A stretch of 64,000 bases of DNA from Candidatus Nomurabacteria bacterium RIFCSPLOWO2_01_FULL_42_17 (GTDB lineage Bacteria; Patescibacteriota; Minisyncoccia; Phycocordibacterales; UBA9973): the NCBI GenBank assembly GCA_001785985.1, contig MFVE01000005.1, positions 112,533 through 176,532 of the forward strand, read 5' to 3'. Within the stretch, counting starts at the first letter, position 1, and each line of letters opens with the position of its first letter. The position numbers were made by a program, and so were the translations under genes. The notes under the pieces are model-generated. The model was not told the origin of the DNA. It ran no database searches and saw only the letters and a program-made list of their open reading frames with translations. Shown in pieces: positions 26,575-35,424 of this stretch.

Positions 26575-27303
26575 ATGTTACATGAAATAACTAAGGAAAA
26601 TTATACTAATACCGAGAATAATTTTTTTGCTTCAATTTTAAAATTTTTCGGTGAAGATTTGCTTTTATATTGTGTTACCGGAAGTCTCTCGAGAAATGAA
26701 GTAATACCTAGATGGAGTGATATTGATGTGTTGATGGTTATGAAAGAATGTAATCTAGTGACACTTTCTAAAATTGAGAACACACTTAAACAAACACAAA
26801 CTAACATTAAAATTGGCGTTACTTTCTATTCACTTTCGGAATTTAATAATTTATTTTTTAAGGATTCAAAAACATATCTATCTATTAGATATATAAGTGA
26901 AAAATATTATATTCCACGCATACTAAGTTCAGAGATAAAAATCCAGCTTCTACCTGAAGAAATGTTTAGACATAATGATGCATTCGAGTTTGCGCGATTC
27001 GTTCATGATTTAAAACGAGAATTATTAATAAAAGATATCCGCAATGAACGAAAAGTATATAAACTTTCTATAACTTTACTTAAAATTGCTCTTAGACAAA
27101 GAGGTGTTGTTGCACTTGGATATAAAGAAACAATTGAAAAGGCAGAGAAAAATTTACCAAATTTTTCTGAAATACATATTATGGAACCGGAAGAAGTTAT
27201 GGCTAAGCCAGAAAAAATTGTAGAAAGATATGAAACTTATGGGAGAATTATTGAATGGGTAACAAAAAATACTGATACAGTATTTGTTAAAAAACCAATC
27301 TAA
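26575..27303 (+). CDS. Pol-beta-superfamily nucleotidyltransferase with helical C-terminal domain
   Basis: TGSLSR.....WSDIDVL. Confidence 0.8.
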   Translation: MLHEITKENYTNTENNFFASILKFFGEDLLLYCVTGSLSRNEVIPRWSDIDVLMVMKECNLVTLSKIENTLKQTQTNIKIGVTFYSLSEFNNLFFKDSKTYLSIRYISEKYYIPRILSSEIKIQLLPEEMFRHNDAFEFARFVHDLKRELLIKDIRNERKVYKLSITLLKIALRQRGVVALGYKETIEKAEKNLPNFSEIHIMEPEEVMAKPEKIVERYETYGRIIEWVTKNTDTVFVKKPI

Positions 27304-27357
27304 AAAAAATAAGCGTCACTATCACTAGCGACGCTTACTGAATTAACGATCGAATCA

Positions 27358-27747
27358 TCAACGGATGATATCCCGCACTTTGTGCGGTTGGACATCCTTT
27401 TGTGCCAACTCATCAAGCGGTATCCACTGTAGCCCATAGGTGCCAGCTTGCGCTGGATCTCTACTGAATTCTGGACCTGTGCCTGTTCCAAGCGTGCCAC
27501 TGATGATCTTACAGGTATAGAAGAACTCATGTTGATCCTTGAATGTGTCCTCTGAAAAGAGTCCCTCAACTTCAACCCCCACACCAAGCTCCTCTCGACA
27601 TTCCCTCTTGAGTCCATCTTCAAGAGAAGTGTCTGATTCCTCTAGTCCTCCACCGGGGAACACCCAATACTCCCTCTCGCCCTTTACCCGATGGACTAAG
27701 AGTAGTTTTCGTTCCTGAATAATGATTGCGCGAACTCTTTTTTTCAT
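27358..27747 (-). CDS. NUDIX hydrolase
   Basis: FPGGGLEESD..LEDGLKRECREELG Nudix box. Confidence 0.93.
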   Translation of the reverse strand: MKKRVRAIIIQERKLLLVHRVKGEREYWVFPGGGLEESDTSLEDGLKRECREELGVGVEVEGLFSEDTFKDQHEFFYTCKIISGTLGTGTGPEFSRDPAQAGTYGLQWIPLDELAQKDVQPHKVRDIIR

Positions 27748-27765
27748 AGTGTTGTTTACTTGTTG

Positions 27766-28923
27766 TTACACAGTTTGAACGAATCGACTGAAACTTTTTT
27801 CAAAGTCCTCGTCGCCGTTATTGAAAATGGTGTCAGCAATATTTTTCACTTTGTCGGCACCACGAGAGATTTTCACCTCGTCTTTTTCTTCTACCGAAGC
27901 TTTTGCCTCACATTCGCTTACTCCAAGAGCTTTCGCTGTTCGGAGTATGCGTGACTCCTTCGGAGTATCGAGATACACAATGTTCATCCGATCACCAAAG
28001 AGTAGCTTAAGGTAAGCTGGTAGGCTCACCCCGTGTAGACTCTCCAGGCTTGCTTTTGTAATGTGTTGATGAGATTGTAAAAAATTTAGAATCTCACGTC
28101 CAACATCACTTTGACTTGGTTCCGCACATCGTAATCTCGTTACCTCGTTGAAGTATTTTAGCTTTAATCTGACATATCCGCAATCAGAGCTAAGTTTCTG
28201 CGCAAAGCTACTCTTGCCACACTCGCTCAGTCCGCCAAACGCGACCACTTTCTGCAGATTCCCGCAGAGGTGAGGAATTTGGCTTGATAAGATCGAGCTA
28301 ACTAATGTGCGTAGCCTGTTTTGCACATCAAGAATGCAAGCATCAACGCTGACCACTCTTTCCGGATGCATGTTCTGGAAAAAATGGTTTACGAGATTTA
28401 CAAGATAAACTTGGTATTCTTCGTAAATGCGATTCTGCCAAGGCAGATAACTTGTCGCACGGTTTTCAACTACCTCCGAGAGAATTCCAATCTTGTTCCT
28501 ATATTCCTTGTTTGGAACAAACAAAAGATCCTGTTCGATTGGTTCAAACTCTAGTTCCCTTTTGAATACGCCCTCGACAACGTCGATAGCTTTTTCAGTG
28601 TCCATTTGTTCACGAGCGATGAGCGTTGCTACGCACACTGCCTTAAACATTTTGACACCACGGTCATGGACATTAACCTTGTCGGGCTTGCATGCCTTGT
28701 AACGAGAATTGAGCGCTCCAATGATAATCGAAACCAACTCTAGGGAGCGAACTTCTTTGAACCACCAGTTGAATTCCTTCACAGGGTCAACCTTTGGCCA
28801 TCTGTCGGTGTAGTCAACCAGTCTTCCAGTAAAATGAAAGCGGTCGTCTTGGCCAGACTTCAATAAACGGATTTGTTCGGTTTTTCCGATTCCGTCACTT
28901 CCACTAATTGCGATTTCTTTCAT
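27766..28923 (-). CDS. Tandem two-domain P-loop (NMP-kinase-like) protein
   Basis: Walker A GSDGIGKT with HDR, second Walker A GGLSECGKS with RILR lid; start moved to the ATG at 28923 after AAGGAG. Confidence 0.8.
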   Translation of the reverse strand: MKEIAISGSDGIGKTEQIRLLKSGQDDRFHFTGRLVDYTDRWPKVDPVKEFNWWFKEVRSLELVSIIIGALNSRYKACKPDKVNVHDRGVKMFKAVCVATLIAREQMDTEKAIDVVEGVFKRELEFEPIEQDLLFVPNKEYRNKIGILSEVVENRATSYLPWQNRIYEEYQVYLVNLVNHFFQNMHPERVVSVDACILDVQNRLRTLVSSILSSQIPHLCGNLQKVVAFGGLSECGKSSFAQKLSSDCGYVRLKLKYFNEVTRLRCAEPSQSDVGREILNFLQSHQHITKASLESLHGVSLPAYLKLLFGDRMNIVYLDTPKESRILRTAKALGVSECEAKASVEEKDEVKISRGADKVKNIADTIFNNGDEDFEKSFSRFVQTV

Positions 28924-29016
28924 TTGATACTCCTTGAGGTTATTGTTTATTTCAAAGGACCGCTTGTTATAAATTTCTATTAAAATAACACATTTGCAAT
29001 GAAAAGTAAAGGGCAA

Positions 29017-29107
29017 TTGTAATGATAATATCCTTGAATTTAATGAGTATGTTATACTATTCATATGCCTGAAGGAGATAAAAAAGTTGACTGGTTTCTA
29101 TGGCTAA
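29017..29107 (+). repeat. Island boundary repeat copy 4
   Basis: ttgtaatgataatatccttgaatttaatgagtatgttatactattcatATGCCTGAAGGAGATAAAAAAGTTGACTGGTTTCTATGGCTAA. Confidence 0.92.
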
Positions 29108-29117
29108 AATGTAAAAT

Positions 29118-30023
29118 ATGGAAAATAGTCTACTCATAGCAATATTAGCTGGACTTGGTGGAATGCTCGGTTGGGGTCTGGCTGATTTTTTTGCAAAGAA
29201 AACAATAGATGAAATAGGAGATATTGCTAGTCTAGCTTGGGCTCATATTTTTGGAACTCTGGCTTTGTTCTTGGTTGTCGCGCATAATATTATTTTCTTT
29301 GAACGAAAAATCGTGATGCCGAGTGATACATATACTTGGATTATTTTGATATTCTTTGGCGTGTTGCAAGCGGCAGTTTATTTCTTTCTTTATAGAGGAT
29401 TTGGCAAGGGCCAGGTTTCCTTATTGAGTCCAATCTTTGCTTCGTTTGCAGGAATAACTGCCATTATGTCAATAGTATTTTTTGGAGAAGCTGTAAACAT
29501 GTTTTTGATTTTTGCTCTAATTGTCATATTTTGCGGTAACTTACTCATTAATATTGATCCGCAAATTTTTAAAACAAAACGTTTTGCTTTCACCAAAATT
29601 ACTGGGTTCAAAGAAATAGCGTTAGCGACATTGCTCGCTGCTTTGTGGACGTTACTTTGGGGAAAATTTGTCAACAGCCAGGACTGGCTTTTATACGCGT
29701 TATTCATGTATGGATTCATGACACTTGCGATATTGATGTTGGTAAAATTGCAAAAAATTAATTTATCTATTAGTATTAGTAAATCCAGTATTTGGAAGTT
29801 CCTTGTTTTCATCGGTCTGTTTGAGGTGATGGCTTATCTAGCCGTAAGTTTTGGATACAGCGCCACATCGCGTATAAGTGTCATTGCCCTCTTAAGCGGA
29901 GCATTTTCTTTACCTCTTATAATACTCGCCCGAATTTTTTTGAAAGAAAAAGTTTTGCCAATTCAAAGAATGGGAAGCATCGTCATTATTTTAGGAATTA
30001 TGCTTTTAGCTTTATTAAAATAG
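29118..30023 (+). CDS. DMT/EamA-family transporter
   Basis: About ten TMs; LGWGLADFFAK; LARIFLKEK. Confidence 0.9.
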   Translation: MENSLLIAILAGLGGMLGWGLADFFAKKTIDEIGDIASLAWAHIFGTLALFLVVAHNIIFFERKIVMPSDTYTWIILIFFGVLQAAVYFFLYRGFGKGQVSLLSPIFASFAGITAIMSIVFFGEAVNMFLIFALIVIFCGNLLINIDPQIFKTKRFAFTKITGFKEIALATLLAALWTLLWGKFVNSQDWLLYALFMYGFMTLAILMLVKLQKINLSISISKSSIWKFLVFIGLFEVMAYLAVSFGYSATSRISVIALLSGAFSLPLIILARIFLKEKVLPIQRMGSIVIILGIMLLALLK

Positions 30024-30027
30024 AAAT

Positions 30028-31170
30028 ATGAAGAATGTAAAAAAAGATAGGTTTGACAGAGATTTTTTAAAAACACTTAAATACCAGTCACCTTTTTTTC
30101 TTTTCTCTAAGGAGAAGATTAGAAACAATTTTTTAAATTTCAAAAAAAACTTTCCGGGATCTTCAATTTACTATGCCATGAAAGCCAATTCAGAACCGGA
30201 ATTGTTGAAAATTTTGTCAGATGCTGGAGCCGGTTTTGAAGTTGCTTCTCTGTATGAGTTGGATATTTTAAAAAAAATAGAAGTTCCGGCGGAGAAAATA
30301 ATTTACGGCACTGCAGTAAAACCTGTAAGTCATATAAAAGAATTTTATGATTACGGGGTTGATAAGTTCGCTTTTGATTCAATTAGCGAACTGGAAAAAA
30401 TCGCCAGTTTTGCGCCTCACGCAAAAGTATACTGTAGAGTCATCGTTAACGATACAGGCAGTATTTATAGGTTTTCAGAAAAGTTTGGAACTGATAAAGA
30501 AAATGTTGTGGCTTTTCTCGAGTGCGCTAAATCGCTCGGCTTACATCCATATGGTATTAGTTTTCACGTAGGTTCTCAAGCAAATAATAAAAATGCTTGG
30601 TCAAATGCTTTATCAGTATTGCAAGATATTCTTATAAATTTAAAAAATGTAGGCATAAAACTTGACATGATCAACATTGGTGGTGGTTATCCATGTACCA
30701 AATATGTTTCTTTTGAAGAAACTTTCACTTTTGAAGAAATTACCAAACATATCAATGAAAAACACAAAAAATTGCCTTATGAAACAAAGTTAATCCTGGA
30801 ACCGGGTAGAATTATTGTGGCCGATACTGGAATCCTTGTTGCTAGTGTGATTGGAAAAGTTGAACGCAGAGAAAATACGTGGCTTTTTCTGGATGCCGGA
30901 GTATACAACGCCTTGTTTGAGTCATTGGCTCACCAGGGATCAATCAAATATCACGTTTCTAGCATTAAACCTGTCGGAAATGCCGGGGAGATGATTTTTG
31001 CTTTAGCCGGTCCTACTGGTGATAGTTGGGATGTTATTACAAGAGAGGCATTTTTACCGAAAAACCTAGACATTGGGGATAAACTTGTTTTTCATGATGT
31101 AGGGGCTTATAATACAGTATGTATGAATAGGTTCAACGGTTTCCCTGCAACAAGATGTTATTTTATTTAA
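30028..31170 (+). CDS. Fold-type III PLP decarboxylase (ornithine/lysine decarboxylase-like)
   Basis: YAMKAN, FEVAS, KFG, SFHVGSQ, NIGGGY, LEPGR, GPTGDSWD, GAY. Confidence 0.92.
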   Translation: MKNVKKDRFDRDFLKTLKYQSPFFLFSKEKIRNNFLNFKKNFPGSSIYYAMKANSEPELLKILSDAGAGFEVASLYELDILKKIEVPAEKIIYGTAVKPVSHIKEFYDYGVDKFAFDSISELEKIASFAPHAKVYCRVIVNDTGSIYRFSEKFGTDKENVVAFLECAKSLGLHPYGISFHVGSQANNKNAWSNALSVLQDILINLKNVGIKLDMINIGGGYPCTKYVSFEETFTFEEITKHINEKHKKLPYETKLILEPGRIIVADTGILVASVIGKVERRENTWLFLDAGVYNALFESLAHQGSIKYHVSSIKPVGNAGEMIFALAGPTGDSWDVITREAFLPKNLDIGDKLVFHDVGAYNTVCMNRFNGFPATRCYFI

Positions 31171-31174
31171 TACA

Positions 31175-31993
31175 ATGTCTAATAAATTAAAATACAATAT
31201 TTGGCAAAAAATTTCTCTCGGTTTTTTTATTTTTTTAGTAGTTTTCTGGTTAATTCTTTTTTTTAGTGGAACAAAGGATGGTTTTTATAACTATCTTTAC
31301 TCTTTTCTTTTTGGACTGATTCCGCTTTTTGCAGGAATAATAGCCATGATTAGAGCTAAAATTTGGGGTAGGTTAAAAAGCGCAGTTGGAAAGGCTGTAT
31401 TTTTTATAGGACTCGGTATCTTTTTGTGGGGATGTGGAGAAACAATTTGGTCTTATTATAATTTCTTTTTAGGTGAGCCGGCACCGTATCCTTCCTGGGC
31501 AGATTTAGGATTTGCCCCAAGCATATTCTTTTACGGCCTGGGTGCATTTTATCTCTCAAAAGCAACCGGGGCAAAGTTTGGCTTGAGGAATAAATCTGCA
31601 AAGTTTTTTGTGACTTTGGCTCCTATTCTTATTCTTATACTTTCTTATTATCTTTTAGTGGTAGTTGCAAGAGGTGGAACATTAATTCCTGAAGGCGAGA
31701 CACCACTCAAAACTTTACTTGATATAGTTTATCCACTTGGTGACTTTATTGCCCTAACTATTGCAATAATAATTTCTGGACTTTCCTTCCAATATTTGGG
31801 TGGTAGATATAAATTTGATATTTATTCCATACTACTCGGTCTTGGAGTAATGTTCATAGGCGATACTATTTTTTCTTACACAACCACCGTAGGCACATAT
31901 TACAATGCAAATTTCGGAGACTTAATGCTAACAACCGGATTATTTCTGCTTAGTTTCGGTGTTTTAGGTTTTTTTAAATTTAAAGAAGATTAA
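31175..31993 (+). CDS. Multi-pass membrane protein resembling a stand-alone sensory domain
   Basis: About seven to eight TMs; GETIW..Y..PYPSWAD and YPLGD motifs seen in membrane sensor domains. Confidence 0.7.
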   Translation: MSNKLKYNIWQKISLGFFIFLVVFWLILFFSGTKDGFYNYLYSFLFGLIPLFAGIIAMIRAKIWGRLKSAVGKAVFFIGLGIFLWGCGETIWSYYNFFLGEPAPYPSWADLGFAPSIFFYGLGAFYLSKATGAKFGLRNKSAKFFVTLAPILILILSYYLLVVVARGGTLIPEGETPLKTLLDIVYPLGDFIALTIAIIISGLSFQYLGGRYKFDIYSILLGLGVMFIGDTIFSYTTTVGTYYNANFGDLMLTTGLFLLSFGVLGFFKFKED

Positions 31994-31996
31994 TTT

Positions 31997-32290
31997 ATGA
32001 ATTCTGCAATTCAATTACCACAAATAGCTATACGCATCATCAGAGAGCAGGAGCTCATTATTGGTCCTTTGGCTTGGGACGAGGCGCGTAAAGTTCAGGG
32101 GCTTCAGATTGTTGACGAAAAAAGAGGTGAAGTGAGCTTGCAAAACGGTGATCCAAAAAATGTCATTGATAAACTCGTTGCTCAATATGAAAGAATCTTC
32201 GGCCGAGCTTCGCACGCAGTCTGTCACGATGCTGTTCAAGATTTAATCGCCACAATGTCGCCAGAAGAGATTCCGTCTAGTTTGAAATAA
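31997..32290 (+). CDS. Small soluble hypothetical protein between the membrane sensor and the histidine kinase
   Basis: 97-aa ORF tightly packed in the operon. Confidence 0.75.
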   Translation: MNSAIQLPQIAIRIIREQELIIGPLAWDEARKVQGLQIVDEKRGEVSLQNGDPKNVIDKLVAQYERIFGRASHAVCHDAVQDLIATMSPEEIPSSLK

Positions 32291-32299
32291 TAATCTCTT

Positions 32300-33172
32300 A
32301 TGGCTACTAACGATGAAAACAAAGCGATTGCTCCAGAAGAGTATAAGAAAATTACGGAGGCAATGTACAAGCAAAATCTTGAACTGGCGAGATTGTACAA
32401 GCAGGTTGATGCTCTAAACCATGAGCTTGGAATAGCCAACGAAAAACTAAAAGCCTTTGATATCTTAAAATCAAAATTCTTGTCCTTGGCTTCGCATCAA
32501 TTGAGAAATCCTATTTCCGCGATTATCTCTTGCACCTCGATGTTCCTAGACGGTTCGTTTGGCAAAATAGATGAAATGCAGCAAAAAATGATTGGCCAAA
32601 TGTATGACCGGGCAAAAGATATGAATGATGATGTGGAGAAATATTTAACCGTGGCCAAAATAGACCAAGGTGGATTGCAATATAATTTAGAAAAGCTGGA
32701 TTTGGAAGATCTGGGTAAGAACATCACTGAACAGCAGAAGCTCGTCGCCAAGAAAAAAAATCTGGTTCTCTCTTTTGAAACAGATGAAAAGTCTCAGTAC
32801 TTTATTAGTGGCGACAAAGTGCAGTTAAAGCAAGTGCTTCAAAATCTGATTGATAATGCCACGAAGTTTACCAAAGAAGGATGGATAAAAGTTAGACTTT
32901 CAAAAGATGAAAATGCTAAAAAAATAAAAGTAGCTATTTCTGATTCAGGAATAGGTATCAAACCCGAGATTATGCCGACCTTATTCAAAGAATTTTCTCG
33001 CGGAGAAGGCGCAAAAGTGGATGTGGGCGGTTCCGGCATTGGCATATATCTAGCTAAAGAAATAATTGAAAAGGGACATCAAGGTAAAGTGTGGGCAGAG
33101 TCCGAAGGCACCGGTAAAGGATCTACCTTCACTGTTGAATTGCCTGCTTATTCGGAAAACAGGGGGTCTTAA
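32300..33172 (+). CDS. Soluble histidine kinase (HisKA + HATPase, no input domain)
   Basis: ASHQLRNP, NLIDNATKF, DSGIGI, GSGIG; no TM. Confidence 0.95.
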   Translation: MATNDENKAIAPEEYKKITEAMYKQNLELARLYKQVDALNHELGIANEKLKAFDILKSKFLSLASHQLRNPISAIISCTSMFLDGSFGKIDEMQQKMIGQMYDRAKDMNDDVEKYLTVAKIDQGGLQYNLEKLDLEDLGKNITEQQKLVAKKKNLVLSFETDEKSQYFISGDKVQLKQVLQNLIDNATKFTKEGWIKVRLSKDENAKKIKVAISDSGIGIKPEIMPTLFKEFSRGEGAKVDVGGSGIGIYLAKEIIEKGHQGKVWAESEGTGKGSTFTVELPAYSENRGS

Positions 33173-33193
33173 AATCCACCTATCACATACATA

Positions 33194-33221
33194 TTGACAT
33201 CTTTTTTGGACCTGCTATACT
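33194..33221 (+). promoter_or_regulatory. Sigma70-type promoter of the toxin-antitoxin pair
   Basis: TTGACA-16 nt-TATACT with TGn extension. Confidence 0.65.
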
Positions 33222-33249
33222 GTATAGATATTAGATATATAAAAGATAT

Positions 33250-33534
33250 ATGACTACACAAGTAATTTTTAGAATTGATAAAAAGATCAAAGAAAAAGCC
33301 CAGAAAAAAGCTAAGGGCAGTGGTTTAACATTCTCCGATATTTTACAAATGGCGACTTACGCTTATGTGAAAAATGATTTCGAACCAGTTCTAATGCGAA
33401 AAGAAGAAAGGCTGAATATGAAGACACGTCGCGAACTTATGAAAATTTCTAGAGATATCAAAGAGGGTAAAAATCTTTTCGGTCCTTTTGACTCCGCTGA
33501 AAAAATGGATAAATTTCTTAATTCAATAAAATAG
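33250..33534 (+). CDS. RelB/DinJ-like antitoxin
   Basis: RHH-like TQVIFRIDKKIKEKA; C-terminal GPFDSAEKM; precedes the toxin. Confidence 0.78.
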   Translation: MTTQVIFRIDKKIKEKAQKKAKGSGLTFSDILQMATYAYVKNDFEPVLMRKEERLNMKTRRELMKISRDIKEGKNLFGPFDSAEKMDKFLNSIK

Positions 33535-33535
33535 C

Positions 33536-33793
33536 ATGCGCGTTGAACTGCATAGAAATTTTTTGAAGGGTTATATCAAACTTCCTAAAAGGATACAGGA
33601 AAAATTTAAGAAGAGGAGAAATTTATTTATTGAAGATATGTTTCATCCACTGCTAGATAACCATTCAGTCGAACCAACTTATCCAAACTGCAGAAGTATA
33701 AATATAACCGGAGACTATCGCGCGCTTTTTGAGATAAAAGAGAAAGATCTAGTTGTGTTCATTAAAATCGGCACACATTCGGAATTGTATTAA
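33536..33793 (+). CDS. RelE/YafQ-family mRNA interferase toxin
   Basis: LDNH..RSINITGDYRALF..IGTHSELY. Confidence 0.9.
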   Translation: MRVELHRNFLKGYIKLPKRIQEKFKKRRNLFIEDMFHPLLDNHSVEPTYPNCRSINITGDYRALFEIKEKDLVVFIKIGTHSELY

Positions 33794-33802
33794 AATCATA
33801 AT

Positions 33803-34255
33803 TTAAGAGCTAGAGATTATTTTCTGATTCTTTTTATCTAAATATCTCTGTAAAATAAGTGCGGCAGCAGAGGCATCTATTCGACCAGACTTTATTTGTT
33901 TCACTTTGCTGTGCGCTTGAGAAGGACTCAGTTCCGCCTTGCCACCCGCTCCTCGCCGAGCTTCCACTGAAGTCAAAAATTCTTTTTGTTTGTGAATCGG
34001 CAGGCTAAACTTCTCCTGCAACTCCAAGATAAAAACTTCAATCCTCGCCGAGAGCGCGTTTAATTTACCAGAAAAATCCACCGACTCCCCTATTACAATT
34101 TCTCTAATATTTTCTTTTTCTATAATCTCCCCGAGCCGTTTAAAAGTATTTGCATCATTCGGCACAATTTCTTTTGGGAAAGCGAGAGTGGCATTGTCGT
34201 CGCTAATTGCAACACCAATCCTTTTCGTACCATAATCAATGCCGAGGAATTTCAT
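33803..34255 (-). CDS. ruvX: YqgF/RuvX nuclease
   Basis: LGIDYGTKRIGVAISD; EFLTS; IDASAAALILQ. Confidence 0.93.
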   Translation of the reverse strand: MKFLGIDYGTKRIGVAISDDNATLAFPKEIVPNDANTFKRLGEIIEKENIREIVIGESVDFSGKLNALSARIEVFILELQEKFSLPIHKQKEFLTSVEARRGAGGKAELSPSQAHSKVKQIKSGRIDASAAALILQRYLDKKNQKIISSS

Positions 34256-34300
34256 AAACTATATATTAACATAAAATTCAAAAAGGTGTATAATGGAGGT

Positions 34301-35338
34301 ATGCCTAAGTCGTATATTGGAAAAAGAGTAAAATTCTTAAATAAGATAGAACAAAAAGAATTCATGAAACTGGCTGAAGAAATAATTGGGGCTGGCACTA
34401 AAGGAATAGCCTTAATAAGTAAGGTAGGTATAAGACAAATATCAGACTGGAAAAATGCAAAAAGTACATTATCATTCTATGCTTTTGAAAAGTTGTTGAT
34501 TGCAACTAAAATTCCTCGCCCGAATTCAATAAGGATTATAGACCAATATGCTCACTCAAGATCTGCCGGCAAAAAAGGACTTGTCGCCGTACTTAAAAAG
34601 TATGGAAAATTTCCAAAAAACGAAAAAATTAGGCGAGCAAATTGGGAAAAATGGTGGAAAACTGTTGGGATATATCAAGAAAGAGAAATATTTAAAAGAA
34701 AATCAATCAAAATACCAAAGAAGAGCATAGAACTTGCAGAATTATGTGGGATTCTAATTGGTGACGGAGGGATAACAAAAAGGCAAGTAAGAATTACTCT
34801 GAATTGTGAAACTGATAAAATATATTCAAAATATGTAGTAAAACTTTTCCAAAAACTTTTTGGTACAAAACCAAAAGTGTATAAAATTAAAGATTCCAGA
34901 GCGTTAAATATTTGTATTTCTAGGAGTGATTTAGTGGATTTTCTTTTTAAACATGGTTTAAAAGTAGGAAATAAATTAAAACAAAATCTTTCAATTCCTG
35001 AATGGATTATAAAGTCTGAAAAATATACAACCTCTTGCATAAGAGGAATGGTTGATACTGATGGTTCAGTTGTTATTGAAACTCATCTCATTAAAAATAA
35101 AAAATACACATATCCTCGCCTTAATTTTACAAGCGCTTCACCTATCCTTGTAGAACAAACGGTTCAAGCATTACAAAAATTTGGTTTTCATCCAAAAATA
35201 AGAAGGGGCGGAAGATCAGTTCAACTTGAAAATATAAAAGAAATATGGGAGTATTTCAAAAGGGTTGGAACAAGTAACCCAAAACATATAAATAGATTAG
35301 GGAGGAGTGGCTCGAGAGGTTTAAGGCACCGCTCTTGA
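34301..35338 (+). CDS. Two-motif LAGLIDADG homing-endonuclease-like protein overlapping tRNA-Ser
   Basis: LAELCGILIGDGG and CIRGMVDTDGS motifs. Confidence 0.85.
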   Translation: MPKSYIGKRVKFLNKIEQKEFMKLAEEIIGAGTKGIALISKVGIRQISDWKNAKSTLSFYAFEKLLIATKIPRPNSIRIIDQYAHSRSAGKKGLVAVLKKYGKFPKNEKIRRANWEKWWKTVGIYQEREIFKRKSIKIPKKSIELAELCGILIGDGGITKRQVRITLNCETDKIYSKYVVKLFQKLFGTKPKVYKIKDSRALNICISRSDLVDFLFKHGLKVGNKLKQNLSIPEWIIKSEKYTTSCIRGMVDTDGSVVIETHLIKNKKYTYPRLNFTSASPILVEQTVQALQKFGFHPKIRRGGRSVQLENIKEIWEYFKRVGTSNPKHINRLGRSGSRGLRHRS

Positions 35339-35388
35339 AAAGCGGAAACCGGGTAACTGGTTCGTGAGTTCGAATCTCACCTCCTCCG
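35301..35388 (+). tRNA. tRNA-Ser (TGA)
   Basis: GGAGGAG/CTCCTCC stem; CCGCT-CTTGAAA-AGCGG; long variable arm; G discriminator. Confidence 0.95.
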
Positions 35389-35424
35389 CAAAGATATATT
35401 TTGTTATACTGGCGGTATACATTT

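Noticed and set aside
19344-29107. Boundary repeats as a CRISPR array or integron attC sites
   Set aside because: Spacing is kilobases, the repeats are not attC-like palindromes, and no cas or intI gene is present
33885-33965. Extra loop in RuvX (RRGAGGKAELSPSQAHSK)
   Set aside because: No clear inverted repeat or match to the other elements
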